Assembly: GCA_021739695.1 (NCBI GenBank)
Contig: JAIPBM010000021.1
Location: 4,472-68,471, forward strand
DNA length: 64,000 nt
Reading direction: 5' to 3'
From: Flavobacteriales bacterium
GTDB lineage: Bacteria > Bacteroidota > Bacteroidia > UBA10329
This document shows, one piece after another, positions 53,273 through 63,135 of the stretch (position 1 is its first letter; every line of letters starts with the position of its first letter). The position numbers and the translations under genes are program-made. Below the pieces are notes generated by a model. It worked only from the letters and a program-made list of their open reading frames with translations, was not told where the DNA came from and did not search any database.

Positions 53273-53983
53273 TTAGAAACTTTGGAAAATATCAGCCATT
53301 TCTTCTACCGTAATGGGTTGATATTCCTTGGTGATGATGAAATCTTCCTCTGGATAGGTTTCTTGGACAACAGAAGTGGCGATCATGTGCATGTCAATGT
53401 TGAACTTATTGACCTTCGCTTCCATCAGAACACCACTTATTTCGTAGAATGGCGTACACCAGTTCGGGTCTTTGATGCCAATATCGTTGGTGTAAAAGAT
53501 GCTGTAATTCTTGGCGCTATCATTTTCAAAGGTCACTAACGCGTGATGGCAGATATAACCAGCAATAACCTTGGTGCTATCCGTTGGCGTGATTTTCATG
53601 CCGGCCGGCTTCTTGCCGTACTCCTCCATGATCTCTACACTATCCATTTCCAAACCCGAATATTTATTCGCGATCCGGACAAGATGCGTGACTTTTTTCT
53701 GCTTGTTGTCTGCTAAAAGTGATGTGCTGAAAACAGCCATGGAAGTTTTCAATTCATTCAACGTGTTGTTGTCTTTGAATTTAAAACTCATTTCCCGTGG
53801 GAACATGGACGTGAAAATATTGTCGTCATCAAACTGAGGGTAAGTCAGTTGATACACGATTTTACCTTCAGTTATAATATCAACACCAGATTCCGTTTTG
53901 GGACCCGATTGACATCCTACGAAGAAAATAAATGCAACTATCGGAGTGCCGAAAAGTATGCGTTTAAGTAATTTTTTTTTCAA
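53273..53983 (-). CDS. hypothetical lipoprotein
   Basis: Lipoprotein signal peptide (FIFFVGCQSG). No recognisable catalytic motif. Confidence 0.45.
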   Translation of the reverse strand: MKKKLLKRILFGTPIVAFIFFVGCQSGPKTESGVDIITEGKIVYQLTYPQFDDDNIFTSMFPREMSFKFKDNNTLNELKTSMAVFSTSLLADNKQKKVTHLVRIANKYSGLEMDSVEIMEEYGKKPAGMKITPTDSTKVIAGYICHHALVTFENDSAKNYSIFYTNDIGIKDPNWCTPFYEISGVLMEAKVNKFNIDMHMIATSVVQETYPEEDFIITKEYQPITVEEMADIFQSF

Positions 53984-54126
53984 ACGAATTCACTTTTAAG
54001 TGTTTCGTCCAAGTTCCTGGTTTCCTGCGCAAGGTAGTAAGTAGATCGGTTTGTAAAAGAATCGCTTACAAATATCTGCGTGTAATGCGTACCTGCTCCA
54101 AAGCTACACTTGCTGTGCTTATACAG

Positions 54127-55518
54127 CTAGTGATAACCTAAGGTTTCAAGCATTCCTTTATAACCCTGTTCTTCTGAGAAAAGTTCGGATACGATCTGGC
54201 CTTCATCATCTTTATATATCACAATTTGCTTGGGTGAAGGGATGAGGCAATGTTGGATCCCTCCATAACCGCCAAGCGCATTCTGATAGGCTCCAGTATT
54301 GAAAAAGCCAATGTAAAGTGGTTTATCTTTTCTGAATTCTGGCAGATAGATATTATTCACGTGGGCTTCCACATTATAATAGTCCTGACTGTCGCATGTC
54401 AAGCCACCAAGGTTTACGCGCTCAAACGGGCTGTCCCAACGATTTACGGCAAGCATTACAAATCGTTGATTGATGGCCCAAGTATCAGGCAGCGTGGTGA
54501 TGAACGAACTATCGATCATGTTCCACCATTCCACATCATTTTGCCTTTTTTGATCAATGATGGAATATATGGCGGCACCACTTTCGGCAACCGTATAACT
54601 GCCGAATTCGGAGAAAATGTTCGGAACCGGAACATCTTCTTTTTCGCAGAAATCCTTTATCTGTCTGATTATTTCGTCTGACAAATACTGATAATCAAAC
54701 TCATCGGCCAAGGAATGTTTGATCGGGAATCCACCACCAATATTCAGCGAATCCAATGTTGGACACTCCTTTTTCAGGTCGCAATAAACACGAAGGCATT
54801 TCTGCAATTCGTTCCAGTAATAGAGACTGTCCTCAATTCCATTGTCGATAAAGAAGTGAAGCATTTTCAGTTTGAACAGCTTCTCTTTTCGAAGCACATT
54901 CATATAGTAATCCTGAATTTCGCGATGACGGATTCCTAAACGTGCCGTGTAATAGTTCGACTGTGGCTCTTCGCCCGTGGCAATTCTAATTCCAACGTTG
55001 CATTCGCGTTTTACCAATGGGCGGAAACTGTCTAGCTCCGTTAGGTTATCGAGAACAGGAAGGCTGTTGAATCCATCATTGATCAGTTGCGAGATCAGTT
55101 CAACGTATCGGTCGCGCTTGTAGCCGTTGTGAACAATGAAGTTGTCTTTGCTTATCCTGCCTTGTTCATACAACTTATGCAAAATGTAGATGTCGAAAGC
55201 GGAAGATGTTTCAAGATGAATGTCATTCTTCAATGCTTCGTTCAGTACGTACGAAAAATGTGAGCTCTTAGTGCAATAGCAATACGTGTATTGGCCCGTG
55301 TAATCGTACTTGGACATCGCATTACGGAAATAGCCCTTTGCCCGTTGGATCTGTTCCGATATTTTAGGTAAGTAACTCAGTTTCAGCGGAGTTCCGTACT
55401 GCTCAATAATGGCCATCAGGTCAATGCCGTGGAACTGAAGTTTGTTGTCAACGACCTCAAATCCTTCTTGTGGAAATTCGAAAGTCTGCTCAATAAGGTT
55501 GTAATAGTTGTTCTCCAT
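54127..55518 (-). CDS. speA: arginine decarboxylase (fold-type III PLP-dependent Orn/Lys/Arg decarboxylase family)
   Basis: About 463 aa. N-terminal YGTPLKLSYLP, a PLP-barrel and a C-terminal beta-domain GGLTCDSQD are consistent with the short Bacteroidota SpeA. Family-level call. Confidence 0.65.
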   Translation of the reverse strand: MENNYYNLIEQTFEFPQEGFEVVDNKLQFHGIDLMAIIEQYGTPLKLSYLPKISEQIQRAKGYFRNAMSKYDYTGQYTYCYCTKSSHFSYVLNEALKNDIHLETSSAFDIYILHKLYEQGRISKDNFIVHNGYKRDRYVELISQLINDGFNSLPVLDNLTELDSFRPLVKRECNVGIRIATGEEPQSNYYTARLGIRHREIQDYYMNVLRKEKLFKLKMLHFFIDNGIEDSLYYWNELQKCLRVYCDLKKECPTLDSLNIGGGFPIKHSLADEFDYQYLSDEIIRQIKDFCEKEDVPVPNIFSEFGSYTVAESGAAIYSIIDQKRQNDVEWWNMIDSSFITTLPDTWAINQRFVMLAVNRWDSPFERVNLGGLTCDSQDYYNVEAHVNNIYLPEFRKDKPLYIGFFNTGAYQNALGGYGGIQHCLIPSPKQIVIYKDDEGQIVSELFSEEQGYKGMLETLGYH

Positions 55519-55658
55519 TTTCGGGCGCTAAAGATGCAATTGATTTGTCAGTTCGAGCGGATGGCCCATTAATTCTCTGTTCATTTTCGATAAGGTTCTC
55601 ATTTATAACTCCTTTCCCTAACTCGCAGAAGACCCTGTACTTCAGATACCTTTGTACT

Positions 55659-57182
55659 ATGATAAGAGAGATAGAGAATATTGAATTGAAATTTTTGACG
55701 GTGGATGACTATCAGGAATTGAAGTCTGCCATGATTGATTCCTACACGAGTATGCCCAACTCTATATGGTCAGAAAAACACATCAAGTCCTTAATTGAGA
55801 AATTCCCTGATGGGCAAGTTGTAATAAAGGTGAACGGCCATTTGGCTGGTTGCGCGCTCTCCATTATCGTTGATTACAACAGTTTTGACGCCAATCATAC
55901 ATACAAAGACATCACAGGAAATTACACGTTCAGTACGCATACTGATAAGGGCGATGCGCTTTACGGAATCGATGTGTTCATTCATCCAGATTATCGCGGA
56001 CTCCGATTAGGAAGGCGTTTGTACGATTATCGAAAAGAGCTTTGCGAGCGGCTGAATCTTCGCGGAATTGCCTTTGGAGGACGCATTCCGAATTATCACA
56101 AGTATGCGGATAAGATGTCGGCCAAGGAATACATCGAAAAAGTGAAGCGTAAAGAGATTGATGATCCGGTTCTCAATTTTCAAATGTCGAACGATTTCCA
56201 TCCACATAAGATCCTGAAAGGATACTTGGAAGGAGATCAGGCATCGAACGAGTATGCCGTTCTGCTAGAATGGGACAACGTTTATTACGAGAAGAAAAGC
56301 ATAAGAGCCGGTGCGAACAAAAAGATCATTAGGCTTGGATTGGTGCAATGGCAAATGCGGCTCTATGCCGATTTTGACGAGCTGATGCAGCAAGCAGAAT
56401 ACTTCATCGATGCTGTTTCGGGCTATCGTTCTGATTTCGCCCTGTTTCCCGAGTTTTTCAATGCGCCTTTAATGGCAGAGAATAACCATCTGTCAGAATC
56501 GGAAGCTATTCGCGAATTGGCCAAGCACACTTCGCGCATCGTTCAGAAATTCTCCGAACTCGCTATTTCCTACAATATCAACGTCATTACTGGCAGTATG
56601 CCCGAAATAAAGGACGATCTGCTCTACAACGTGGGCTACCTGTGCAGACGCGATGGCACGATGGAGCGTTACGAAAAACTGCATGTAACGCCCGATGAAG
56701 CAAAAGTTTGGGGTATGCAAGGCGGACACGAACTGAAAGCTTTTGATACCGATTGCGGCAAGATCGGTATTCTGATCTGCTACGATTCGGAGTTTCCGGA
56801 GCTGAGCCGATTGTTGGCAGATGAAGGCATGGATATTCTATTCATCCCGTTCCTTACCGATACTCAGAATGGTTATTCTCGCGTTCGAAACTGTGCGCAA
56901 GCTCGTGCCATAGAGAACGAATGCTACGTTGCAATTGCTGGTAGTGTTGGCAATTTGCCTAAGGTGCACAACATGGACATCCAGTATGCCCAATCGATGG
57001 TTTTTACGCCATGCGATTTCTCGTTTCCGGCCAACGGAATAAAAGCAGAGGCAACTCCGAACACCGAGATGATCCTAATTGCCGATGTGGATATCGATTT
57101 ACTGCGCGAACTCAATCAGTTCGGTAGCGTGCGCAATCTGCGCGATAGGCGGAAGGATATTTTTGAGTTGAGAAAGAGGTAG
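55659..57182 (+). CDS. bifunctional GNAT N-acetyltransferase / carbon-nitrogen hydrolase (nitrilase superfamily) fusion protein
   Basis: N-terminal GNAT fold (IDVFIHPDYRGLRLGRRLY). C-terminal CN-hydrolase E-K-C triad context (LFPEFF ... KLHV ... GILICYDSEFPE). Start moved to the Met at 55659. Confidence 0.75.
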   Translation: MIREIENIELKFLTVDDYQELKSAMIDSYTSMPNSIWSEKHIKSLIEKFPDGQVVIKVNGHLAGCALSIIVDYNSFDANHTYKDITGNYTFSTHTDKGDALYGIDVFIHPDYRGLRLGRRLYDYRKELCERLNLRGIAFGGRIPNYHKYADKMSAKEYIEKVKRKEIDDPVLNFQMSNDFHPHKILKGYLEGDQASNEYAVLLEWDNVYYEKKSIRAGANKKIIRLGLVQWQMRLYADFDELMQQAEYFIDAVSGYRSDFALFPEFFNAPLMAENNHLSESEAIRELAKHTSRIVQKFSELAISYNINVITGSMPEIKDDLLYNVGYLCRRDGTMERYEKLHVTPDEAKVWGMQGGHELKAFDTDCGKIGILICYDSEFPELSRLLADEGMDILFIPFLTDTQNGYSRVRNCAQARAIENECYVAIAGSVGNLPKVHNMDIQYAQSMVFTPCDFSFPANGIKAEATPNTEMILIADVDIDLLRELNQFGSVRNLRDRRKDIFELRKR

Positions 57183-57206
57183 AGACGCAATGCTTTGCGT
57201 CTCTTT
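57181..57206 (+). terminator. weak rho-independent terminator after the GNAT/CN-hydrolase gene
   Basis: AGAGACGCA-(atgctt)-TGCGTCTCT hairpin overlapping the stop codon, followed by only TT. A second long-range inverted repeat GATGGCGCG...CGCGCGCCATC follows at about 57207-57290. Confidence 0.4.
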
Positions 57207-57368
57207 GATGGCGCGTTTCGGGTTTCCATAATTAGGGTTGGTGCAGGCATGCGTTTTGTAAACGCGCGCCATCGGATTTTGGAGGAGGGTGTACAGCAGT
57301 TAGCGGTGTTGTAGTTGGCTTTCCCTTTGATCATCGGTGTGTTTGTCAATCACCTGATGGACTTCTCT

Positions 57369-58583
57369 TCACTGGTGCAACCTATAAAAAAGCAATCGTC
57401 CTTTAATTTTCAAACAAAGTTTATTCCGATGAAAATTCTCTATTGAAAAATCGTCATAATTGTTTTTAGGAGTGGGATAATTCAATTCAAAGGTCTCATC
57501 TACAACCAACTCCATTGGTCGATTCCCGTGAATATTAAATTGCAAGACCCATAACGATATTGTGATCAATTTTTTGGAGCTTCCCCGCCCGTCCCAATTC
57601 CCTCTCGAGTAAATCAATGTCAACGTGTCTGAGCGTAAAGCATCATATACGCTATGGAATTTGTCTGAGTTAAATGGATAGTCTTTCCACGAATCGATTT
57701 GATGTTTCTGTTTGAGATTGAACTCGGATGATCTTGGCGGATAAGAATGCAACAGCAACAGCCTGCCGTTGGAATATCCCGCAAAATGGCTATTCCGTTC
57801 TAATGCCGAATAAACCTTACCCGATTTTTCCATCACTAATCTTGTGGTGTTGTGGTAGTCAGATTCATGCTCACAACAAGTGGATTGTAAGGTGTACAGC
57901 CTTTTCTTATGAACGAAAAAATCATTTATAGAAGATGTCTTGTGGGTTTGGCTGCCATCCTCCACATCCTTTATCTTCATTTTATTGGTCATTTTGACCT
58001 TTACGTAGAATCTTCCGGTAGCTGATTGACCAATATCCTGACCGTCAATTCGAAGTTTGGCATCTTCCGACATAGTGTGGGCCAAAATCAGCTCTTTGCG
58101 ATGCGTTGTGAACTTAATGTCCGTAAAGTAACCGCTGGACATCGTCAAATAATCGAAGTGGCGTACATACTCTCCGCTTAAAGTCAATTGGACCAACGAC
58201 CAGCCTTTCGGCCAGTATTCGTTTTCCTTACGAAGAATCACGGTCTGGTTGATGGTGGTGATTCCGTTGTTGGAATACTCCTTAAAACTGGGAACAACCA
58301 CATATATCTGATTGTCTCTGAAAAAGAAAGGAATTAGCCCACTAATTTTCTCATGAAAGTTGAAGTGCCCTAATTCTTGAACAGAATCCTTTTTTAATCG
58401 ACCTAAGACCAACGATGGCTCCTCCTTCACTTGATAAAGCAAATGACCACTATCGGCATTGTAGGAATGTACATACAAGGAGTCTGGGGTAGTAAAAACT
58501 AGTTCCTGTGCATGACATGTTCCACTGAGCACAGACAAGAAGCCAAGGCATAAATCGAAGAAGTAAGAAATCAACCTTTTCAT
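57369..58583 (-). CDS. hypothetical secreted protein
   Basis: Signal peptide (LGFLSVLSGTCHAQ). 404 aa with no recognisable motif. Confidence 0.5.
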   Translation of the reverse strand: MKRLISYFFDLCLGFLSVLSGTCHAQELVFTTPDSLYVHSYNADSGHLLYQVKEEPSLVLGRLKKDSVQELGHFNFHEKISGLIPFFFRDNQIYVVVPSFKEYSNNGITTINQTVILRKENEYWPKGWSLVQLTLSGEYVRHFDYLTMSSGYFTDIKFTTHRKELILAHTMSEDAKLRIDGQDIGQSATGRFYVKVKMTNKMKIKDVEDGSQTHKTSSINDFFVHKKRLYTLQSTCCEHESDYHNTTRLVMEKSGKVYSALERNSHFAGYSNGRLLLLHSYPPRSSEFNLKQKHQIDSWKDYPFNSDKFHSVYDALRSDTLTLIYSRGNWDGRGSSKKLITISLWVLQFNIHGNRPMELVVDETFELNYPTPKNNYDDFSIENFHRNKLCLKIKGRLLFYRLHQ

Positions 58584-58623
58584 AGCCTAATTATCTGAGA
58601 GGAACCATAATAATGTTCATTTT

Positions 58624-59799
58624 TCAAGGTTGTGATGTTCTTTGATGAAGGCGAACTGTCTTGATTTTGGAGATTTTAAGTGTTCCCTTTCTAGATTTCA
58701 CTTTACATCGCAACCATAACATGTTTGCATGTGTGCGCCTCCCAACGGTAGGCACTAATAATTCAAGCCAAGCAGATACTTTATAAGTGTTACGAGTTCC
58801 GTCTATTCCCAAAGTGATAGTCCCGCTCAAGGCATTACCTTCCTCGTTGTAGAAACGAACACGCTGCTCTAGAAAAGTTAATCTATCTGTAATGGTTAAA
58901 TCCTTAATGGAAACAAGCCAAGGATTTCCCCAAGCTACGGTGCTGTCCTCATAAACAAACATTGCCAAAGCGGGCTGGTCTAGAATTGCCTGCACGATTT
59001 TCGAGATCTCCGAATTTGATTGTGTCAATTGTGTGACATGAGCCAAAGAATCCATTGAAAAATAGGCATCCGCTATTTTTTCGACATTTTGAGGAATTCC
59101 TCTCTGAGTACCCGCCTTCCAATTGGAATTTTCTAAAACCCTTTCCAGCTCTTTTTCATAGTCTTTGTGAGAACCTCTTACCATTTCCAAGTTTGCAGGG
59201 GTTCCATCCTTAGTTACAATCAATTTGAACAGTACCTTTTCGTCTTGGACATTGCGAATAGTCGCCATGGCAGGACATCTTATATCCCTTGCTAAAAACG
59301 AAAGCAATTTATCATCTCCTGTCTCTCCATTGTCTGCCTTAAATTGTGGAGGGTCTTCAACAATCCACTTATAATTAGGATTACCTTCATTATCTTCTTC
59401 AGGAATCTTACCGAATTCAATATCGAAGTTCAATTTCGTCAGAACAGGCTTACACCTTTTATCTCTGTAATACTCCCATTCACCAGTCATTACTCCATCT
59501 GTGTATTGACCAATTGCAAATAGTGTATCGCTTTTCACGTCATAGAACTCAAACTTACCGTGTTCAATAAATGGATCAATGGAATTATATTCTCCTACCA
59601 AGACCCTATTGCCCGCCACATCAGTTTCGGACACTTTATAAGAGAAATTCCCCTGTTTTTCAATTTGCCTTATGAATACTGCCTCAGTCTCTGTAACTAC
59701 TTGCCAGTTTTTATTCAGGAATTGCATGGTCGTATCCTGACCATGGACTTCGACAGTTAGACAAACGAAAAGAAGGAAAAGGGAAATATATTTTGCCAT
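58624..59799 (-). CDS. secreted protein with a YwqK/MORN-like segment and a TonB C-terminal-like domain
   Basis: Signal peptide MAKYISLFLLFVCLTVEVHGQ. The start is set at 59799 because the 45 residues upstream in the track ORF precede the signal peptide. The segment CPAMATIRNVQDEKVLFKLIVTKDGTPANLEMVRGS ... LERVLENSNWKAGTQRG resembles TonB_C. Confidence 0.5.
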   Translation of the reverse strand: MAKYISLFLLFVCLTVEVHGQDTTMQFLNKNWQVVTETEAVFIRQIEKQGNFSYKVSETDVAGNRVLVGEYNSIDPFIEHGKFEFYDVKSDTLFAIGQYTDGVMTGEWEYYRDKRCKPVLTKLNFDIEFGKIPEEDNEGNPNYKWIVEDPPQFKADNGETGDDKLLSFLARDIRCPAMATIRNVQDEKVLFKLIVTKDGTPANLEMVRGSHKDYEKELERVLENSNWKAGTQRGIPQNVEKIADAYFSMDSLAHVTQLTQSNSEISKIVQAILDQPALAMFVYEDSTVAWGNPWLVSIKDLTITDRLTFLEQRVRFYNEEGNALSGTITLGIDGTRNTYKVSAWLELLVPTVGRRTHANMLWLRCKVKSRKGTLKISKIKTVRLHQRTSQP

Positions 59800-59955
59800 G
59801 GCTTTTTTCAATAATGCTTGCTTGTAACCTATGTAATCAACAGACTGAGCTTCATTTGCTGTTATTACCGCCAACTTATGGCCAAGACAACCCAAGTTGC
59901 TATGGCCAGATTTGTTTCTCCCAATATTACCCAACCCGATTCGTCATTCCAACAA

Positions 59956-59984
59956 TAAAAAAACCGACACGCAATCGCGTGGCG
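59956..59984 (-). terminator. rho-independent terminator on the minus strand (end of the deiminase operon transcript)
   Basis: Minus-strand read CGCCACGC-(gatt)-GCGTGTCGG followed by TTTTTTTAT. On the plus strand this is the A8 tract at 59956-59963 followed by the hairpin. Confidence 0.5.
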
Positions 59985-60058
59985 TCCTTCTGCGTATATG
60001 GCTTAGGTGTGTGGCTACAGTCAGGCTATAAATTGCTCTTCTGAGCATCCAAGTTTGT

Positions 60059-60226
60059 GTCTTTCAGATGAAAATTGCTGTATTTAACACCTACCTTTCA
60101 GTTCGGAACGTCAAAATTGCACTTCGGAACACAAAAGTTTCGGTTCAGAACATGAAAATTGCTCTTTTAGACAGCAAAATTGGTGTCCTGAACACCAATT
60201 TGGACGTTCAGAACACCATTTTGGGG
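60059..60226. repeat. array A: about 8 tandem 21-bp repeats with the palindromic core GTTCnGAAC
   Basis: Core copies at 60101 (GTTCGGAAC), 60122 (CTTCGGAAC), 60143 (GTTCAGAAC), 60185 (degenerate) and 60206 (GTTCAGAAC). Spacing is exactly 21 bp and the units share an AAAATTG tail. Confidence 0.7.
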
Positions 60227-60241
60227 AAGGAGTAACGAAAA

Positions 60242-60268
60242 GTTGAACATGTCGGCTACATGTTCAAC
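60242..60268. repeat. perfect 10-bp inverted repeat GTTGAACATG-(7 nt)-CATGTTCAAC
   Basis: Read directly from sequence. Sits between arrays A and B. Confidence 0.65.
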
Positions 60269-60312
60269 ATATGAGCTCAGATGGCAAATAGTTGGAATGA
60301 AAACTTCAGCAT

Positions 60313-60438
60313 CTGAAGTCAGATGTTCTTCCTATGAATCGGTATCGGTAAAAGTTGAATCCACATCTATTCAATTTGAATCCGAATTGTCAAAAGTTGA
60401 ATCCAAATGGTCAACAATTGAATCCAACTACCGGACTT
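60313..60438. repeat. array B: about 6 tandem 21-bp repeats with the core TTGAATCC
   Basis: TTGAATCC at 60355, 60376, 60397 and 60418, exactly 21 bp apart. Degenerate copies at 60313 and 60334. Ends 2 nt before the stop of the 60440 gene. Confidence 0.7.
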
Positions 60439-60439
60439 T

Positions 60440-61378
60440 TCAATCTCTCGGCAGAAAAACCTCTGCCATCATGCATCTGGCACTTCCTCCGCCCAATGTT
60501 TCAATTGTATTGAGCGAACTGTGCAGAATGCGGTTGGTCTTTTGGATGGTGGCGATCTGCTCGGGTGTGAGGCTTTCGTAGGCCTGTGTTGACATGACCA
60601 TGATTTTTTCTCCAGCCGAATTTACCACCTGAAGCATATTTCCGGCAAAGCTCGATTTCTGCGTTTCGCTAATGTATAAGATGTCTTTGTCTGTTTGCTG
60701 CAAGGATTTGACAACTGCTTTACGCTCCGCTTCATCTTTAATGCTGTCGGCACAAAGAATAGCAATTTCCTCACCCACGCTCATCATCACATTGGTGTGA
60801 TAGATAGGAAGGAGTTTTCCATCAACCTTTTGCAGAGCGTGAAAGATGACTGTTTTGTAGCCCGTGATTTCGGCCCATTCTTCCAATATTTCCGAGTTTG
60901 TTCGTTGCGACAAGCACGCGTAGGCTACCATGTTTTCGCGGTCAAGCACCAAACTTCCTGTTCCCTCCAAAAAATGTCCATCAGCTTCGGCATCCGAAAA
61001 ATCAATGACGCGGTCAATTTCGAATCCTAGATCTTCTAACGATTCTAGAATATCCATGCGTTTTTCCCATCTGCGGTTTTCGGCAAACATCGGATAAAGG
61101 ATTACCGACTCATCTTGATGAAACGAAACCCAGTTGTTCGGAAAAATACTGTCGGGCGTGCACGGTTCAAGCGTGTCGTCTACCACTATTACATTCACGC
61201 CTGCTGCACGCAGTTGTTCCACCAGTCCGTCAAATTCCTTTAACGCTTGTTGCTGAGCAGAATCGTTCGTCAATCCATCAACCTGTTGTTGGTAGTGATT
61301 GTCCTTGGCCGTTTCGGTATTCATGGCAAATGCCATAGGCCGAATCATTAATATGTTAGATGTGTTCTGTGCTGGCAT
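60440..61378 (-). CDS. amidinotransferase/DDAH-family protein (arginine deiminase superfamily), possibly a citrulline- or dimethylarginine-utilising hydrolase
   Basis: 312 aa with a C-terminal catalytic Cys context (TLGGGSARCMMAEVF) typical of the DDAH/amidinotransferase fold. Confidence 0.65.
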   Translation of the reverse strand: MPAQNTSNILMIRPMAFAMNTETAKDNHYQQQVDGLTNDSAQQQALKEFDGLVEQLRAAGVNVIVVDDTLEPCTPDSIFPNNWVSFHQDESVILYPMFAENRRWEKRMDILESLEDLGFEIDRVIDFSDAEADGHFLEGTGSLVLDRENMVAYACLSQRTNSEILEEWAEITGYKTVIFHALQKVDGKLLPIYHTNVMMSVGEEIAILCADSIKDEAERKAVVKSLQQTDKDILYISETQKSSFAGNMLQVVNSAGEKIMVMSTQAYESLTPEQIATIQKTNRILHSSLNTIETLGGGSARCMMAEVFLPRD

Positions 61379-61512
61379 TTATGTCTATTTTGAAAAATCC
61401 TCCGCCTCGTTCCTCAGCACCTCCTTTAAAAGGAGGACCGATACCCTTCCCCCTTCAAAAGGGGGTGGCGTAAAAGTGGAGCTTGCTGAACTTTTATGAC
61501 AGGGGATTTTCA

Positions 61513-62985
61513 TCATATATCCTCCCGTTGCAATGGCATACTCATGCAATGCGTGCCACCTCTTGCTCTAGAAAGTTCTGCCGATGGCAAAATGATCAGC
61601 GTATCTCCGGTGATCACGTCATCCAGTTTTTCGCCAGCGTCCATTCTTGCGTTGAAATCTTCGGCACGTATGATCTTGAATCCTCGCTTTTGAAGACTGG
61701 CATTAGTATATGTGTTCCTGTCATAACCAATGATCACACCTTCTCGAATAGCCAAGAAGTTGCAGCTATCGGTCCATTGCTCACGCTCAGTAAACGGGAA
61801 TTTTCCATTCGCATTCGGAATGATATTCACCTTTTTGCAACCGAAATCCACCTTGCTCACTTCAGCCAACAGGTCATCCAAATAGTCGAATTCTTTCACT
61901 TCCACCTTAAAACCGTCAGCCTTTTTCTTGCGGATGAATTGCGTGACGTAAACCTGCTCTTCGGGTGTTTCCATCTCATCATCCAGCATGCGTCTGAAGT
62001 CAATTTCTTCCTTCGATAGCGTGATGGCATCGCGTGTGAATGGCGCATACATCACCCAGGTATCGCGCTTTATCATGGTAAAGATCGTGTCGATGTGCAT
62101 ATAGGCACGTTCCGAAGGGATGTTCACCACCGATACCTTATCAACCAGATTCTTACTGAATAGCTGGGTCGTTAACTGATGGATGGCATTTTGCGTTGTC
62201 CGAGCACTCAATCCCACAAGTAAATGCCGCGGGCTTACCATCATCACATCGCCACCTTCAATACTCACTTCCTGCCGCTCTTTGTCCAACGAGTCGGTCA
62301 AGAAATAATATTCGTTGTCCTCCAGTTCTATGACGCGGTCAGAAAACTGGTATTTATCCCAGTTCGCCTCATCGCCAAACAAGTAGAAATAAGCGATGTA
62401 TTTGATCAGCAGAGCTTCTCGCGTTCTGCCTTTTTCCGCAGCTTTTATCAATAGCAGATGGTCATTTATCACAATGCCGATGTCGCGCGTAAAAATGAAA
62501 TTCGGAAGTGGCGCAAACAGATAATCTTCTTCGCCTTCGTAGATCCAAACGCCAGAGATCAAGGTTCGTGTCAGCGTTTCCGAATCCATCTTCATGAGCA
62601 GCATCTGCGTTTCAAAGTCACACTTTTCCATCGCGCACACGGCCGAAACCAGCAGCTGCTTGGCCAGATCGTCCTTCAACACCTGCATTAACAAGTGTTC
62701 TGCATCCAACACCTTATCTGATTTCAGATAACCGTCCTTCGTTGGCTTAAAGAAGTCAGGGTCATTCTTATCCCTTGTACGCATCACTTCTGGGTGCAAA
62801 AACCACAGCAGAACGCTCAGATACTCGTTGTATTCCTCGCGCATCTTTTCCAGATAAACGATGTCGTCATACAGTAGATCTTCCATCATTCTTGGCGCAA
62901 TTTTGCCAATTCCAGCATCAGGGCTGTGAATGATCAATCGTTGAAGTGTTCCCACTTCAGAAGAAACTCGAATATTCTTACTCAT
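61513..62985 (-). CDS. arginine deiminase-family protein (GME/amidinotransferase superfamily)
   Basis: 490 aa with the C-terminal RGGTHCMSMPL motif, which matches the arginine deiminase active-site Cys context. Confidence 0.6.
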   Translation of the reverse strand: MSKNIRVSSEVGTLQRLIIHSPDAGIGKIAPRMMEDLLYDDIVYLEKMREEYNEYLSVLLWFLHPEVMRTRDKNDPDFFKPTKDGYLKSDKVLDAEHLLMQVLKDDLAKQLLVSAVCAMEKCDFETQMLLMKMDSETLTRTLISGVWIYEGEEDYLFAPLPNFIFTRDIGIVINDHLLLIKAAEKGRTREALLIKYIAYFYLFGDEANWDKYQFSDRVIELEDNEYYFLTDSLDKERQEVSIEGGDVMMVSPRHLLVGLSARTTQNAIHQLTTQLFSKNLVDKVSVVNIPSERAYMHIDTIFTMIKRDTWVMYAPFTRDAITLSKEEIDFRRMLDDEMETPEEQVYVTQFIRKKKADGFKVEVKEFDYLDDLLAEVSKVDFGCKKVNIIPNANGKFPFTEREQWTDSCNFLAIREGVIIGYDRNTYTNASLQKRGFKIIRAEDFNARMDAGEKLDDVITGDTLIILPSAELSRARGGTHCMSMPLQREDI

Positions 62986-63135
62986 ATCGCAGAGAATTAA
63001 GCTGCGAAGTTAGCACTTGGCAGGAGTTCAAGGTTTGATGTTCAACGTTCAATGTGGATCAACTTTGAACCTTTAACCGTGAACATTGAACTATTCCTAA
63101 CTCCCTATTCCTAGTTTTGCAGAAAATACGATCAC

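Noticed and set aside
55647-55654. TACCTTTG match to the -7 promoter consensus
   Set aside because: Only 4 nt upstream of the proposed start codon at 55659, which is incompatible with promoter geometry.
60243-60581. 112-aa plus-strand ORF with striking heptad periodicity (VKVESTS IQFESEL SKVESKW STIESNY)
   Set aside because: The periodicity is an automatic consequence of translating the 21-bp DNA repeat array. The ORF also overlaps the conserved C-terminus of the minus-strand DDAH-like gene by about 140 nt. Judged non-coding, and the DNA repeats are reported instead.
61483-62019. 178-aa plus-strand ORF
   Set aside because: Antisense to the arginine-deiminase-like gene.
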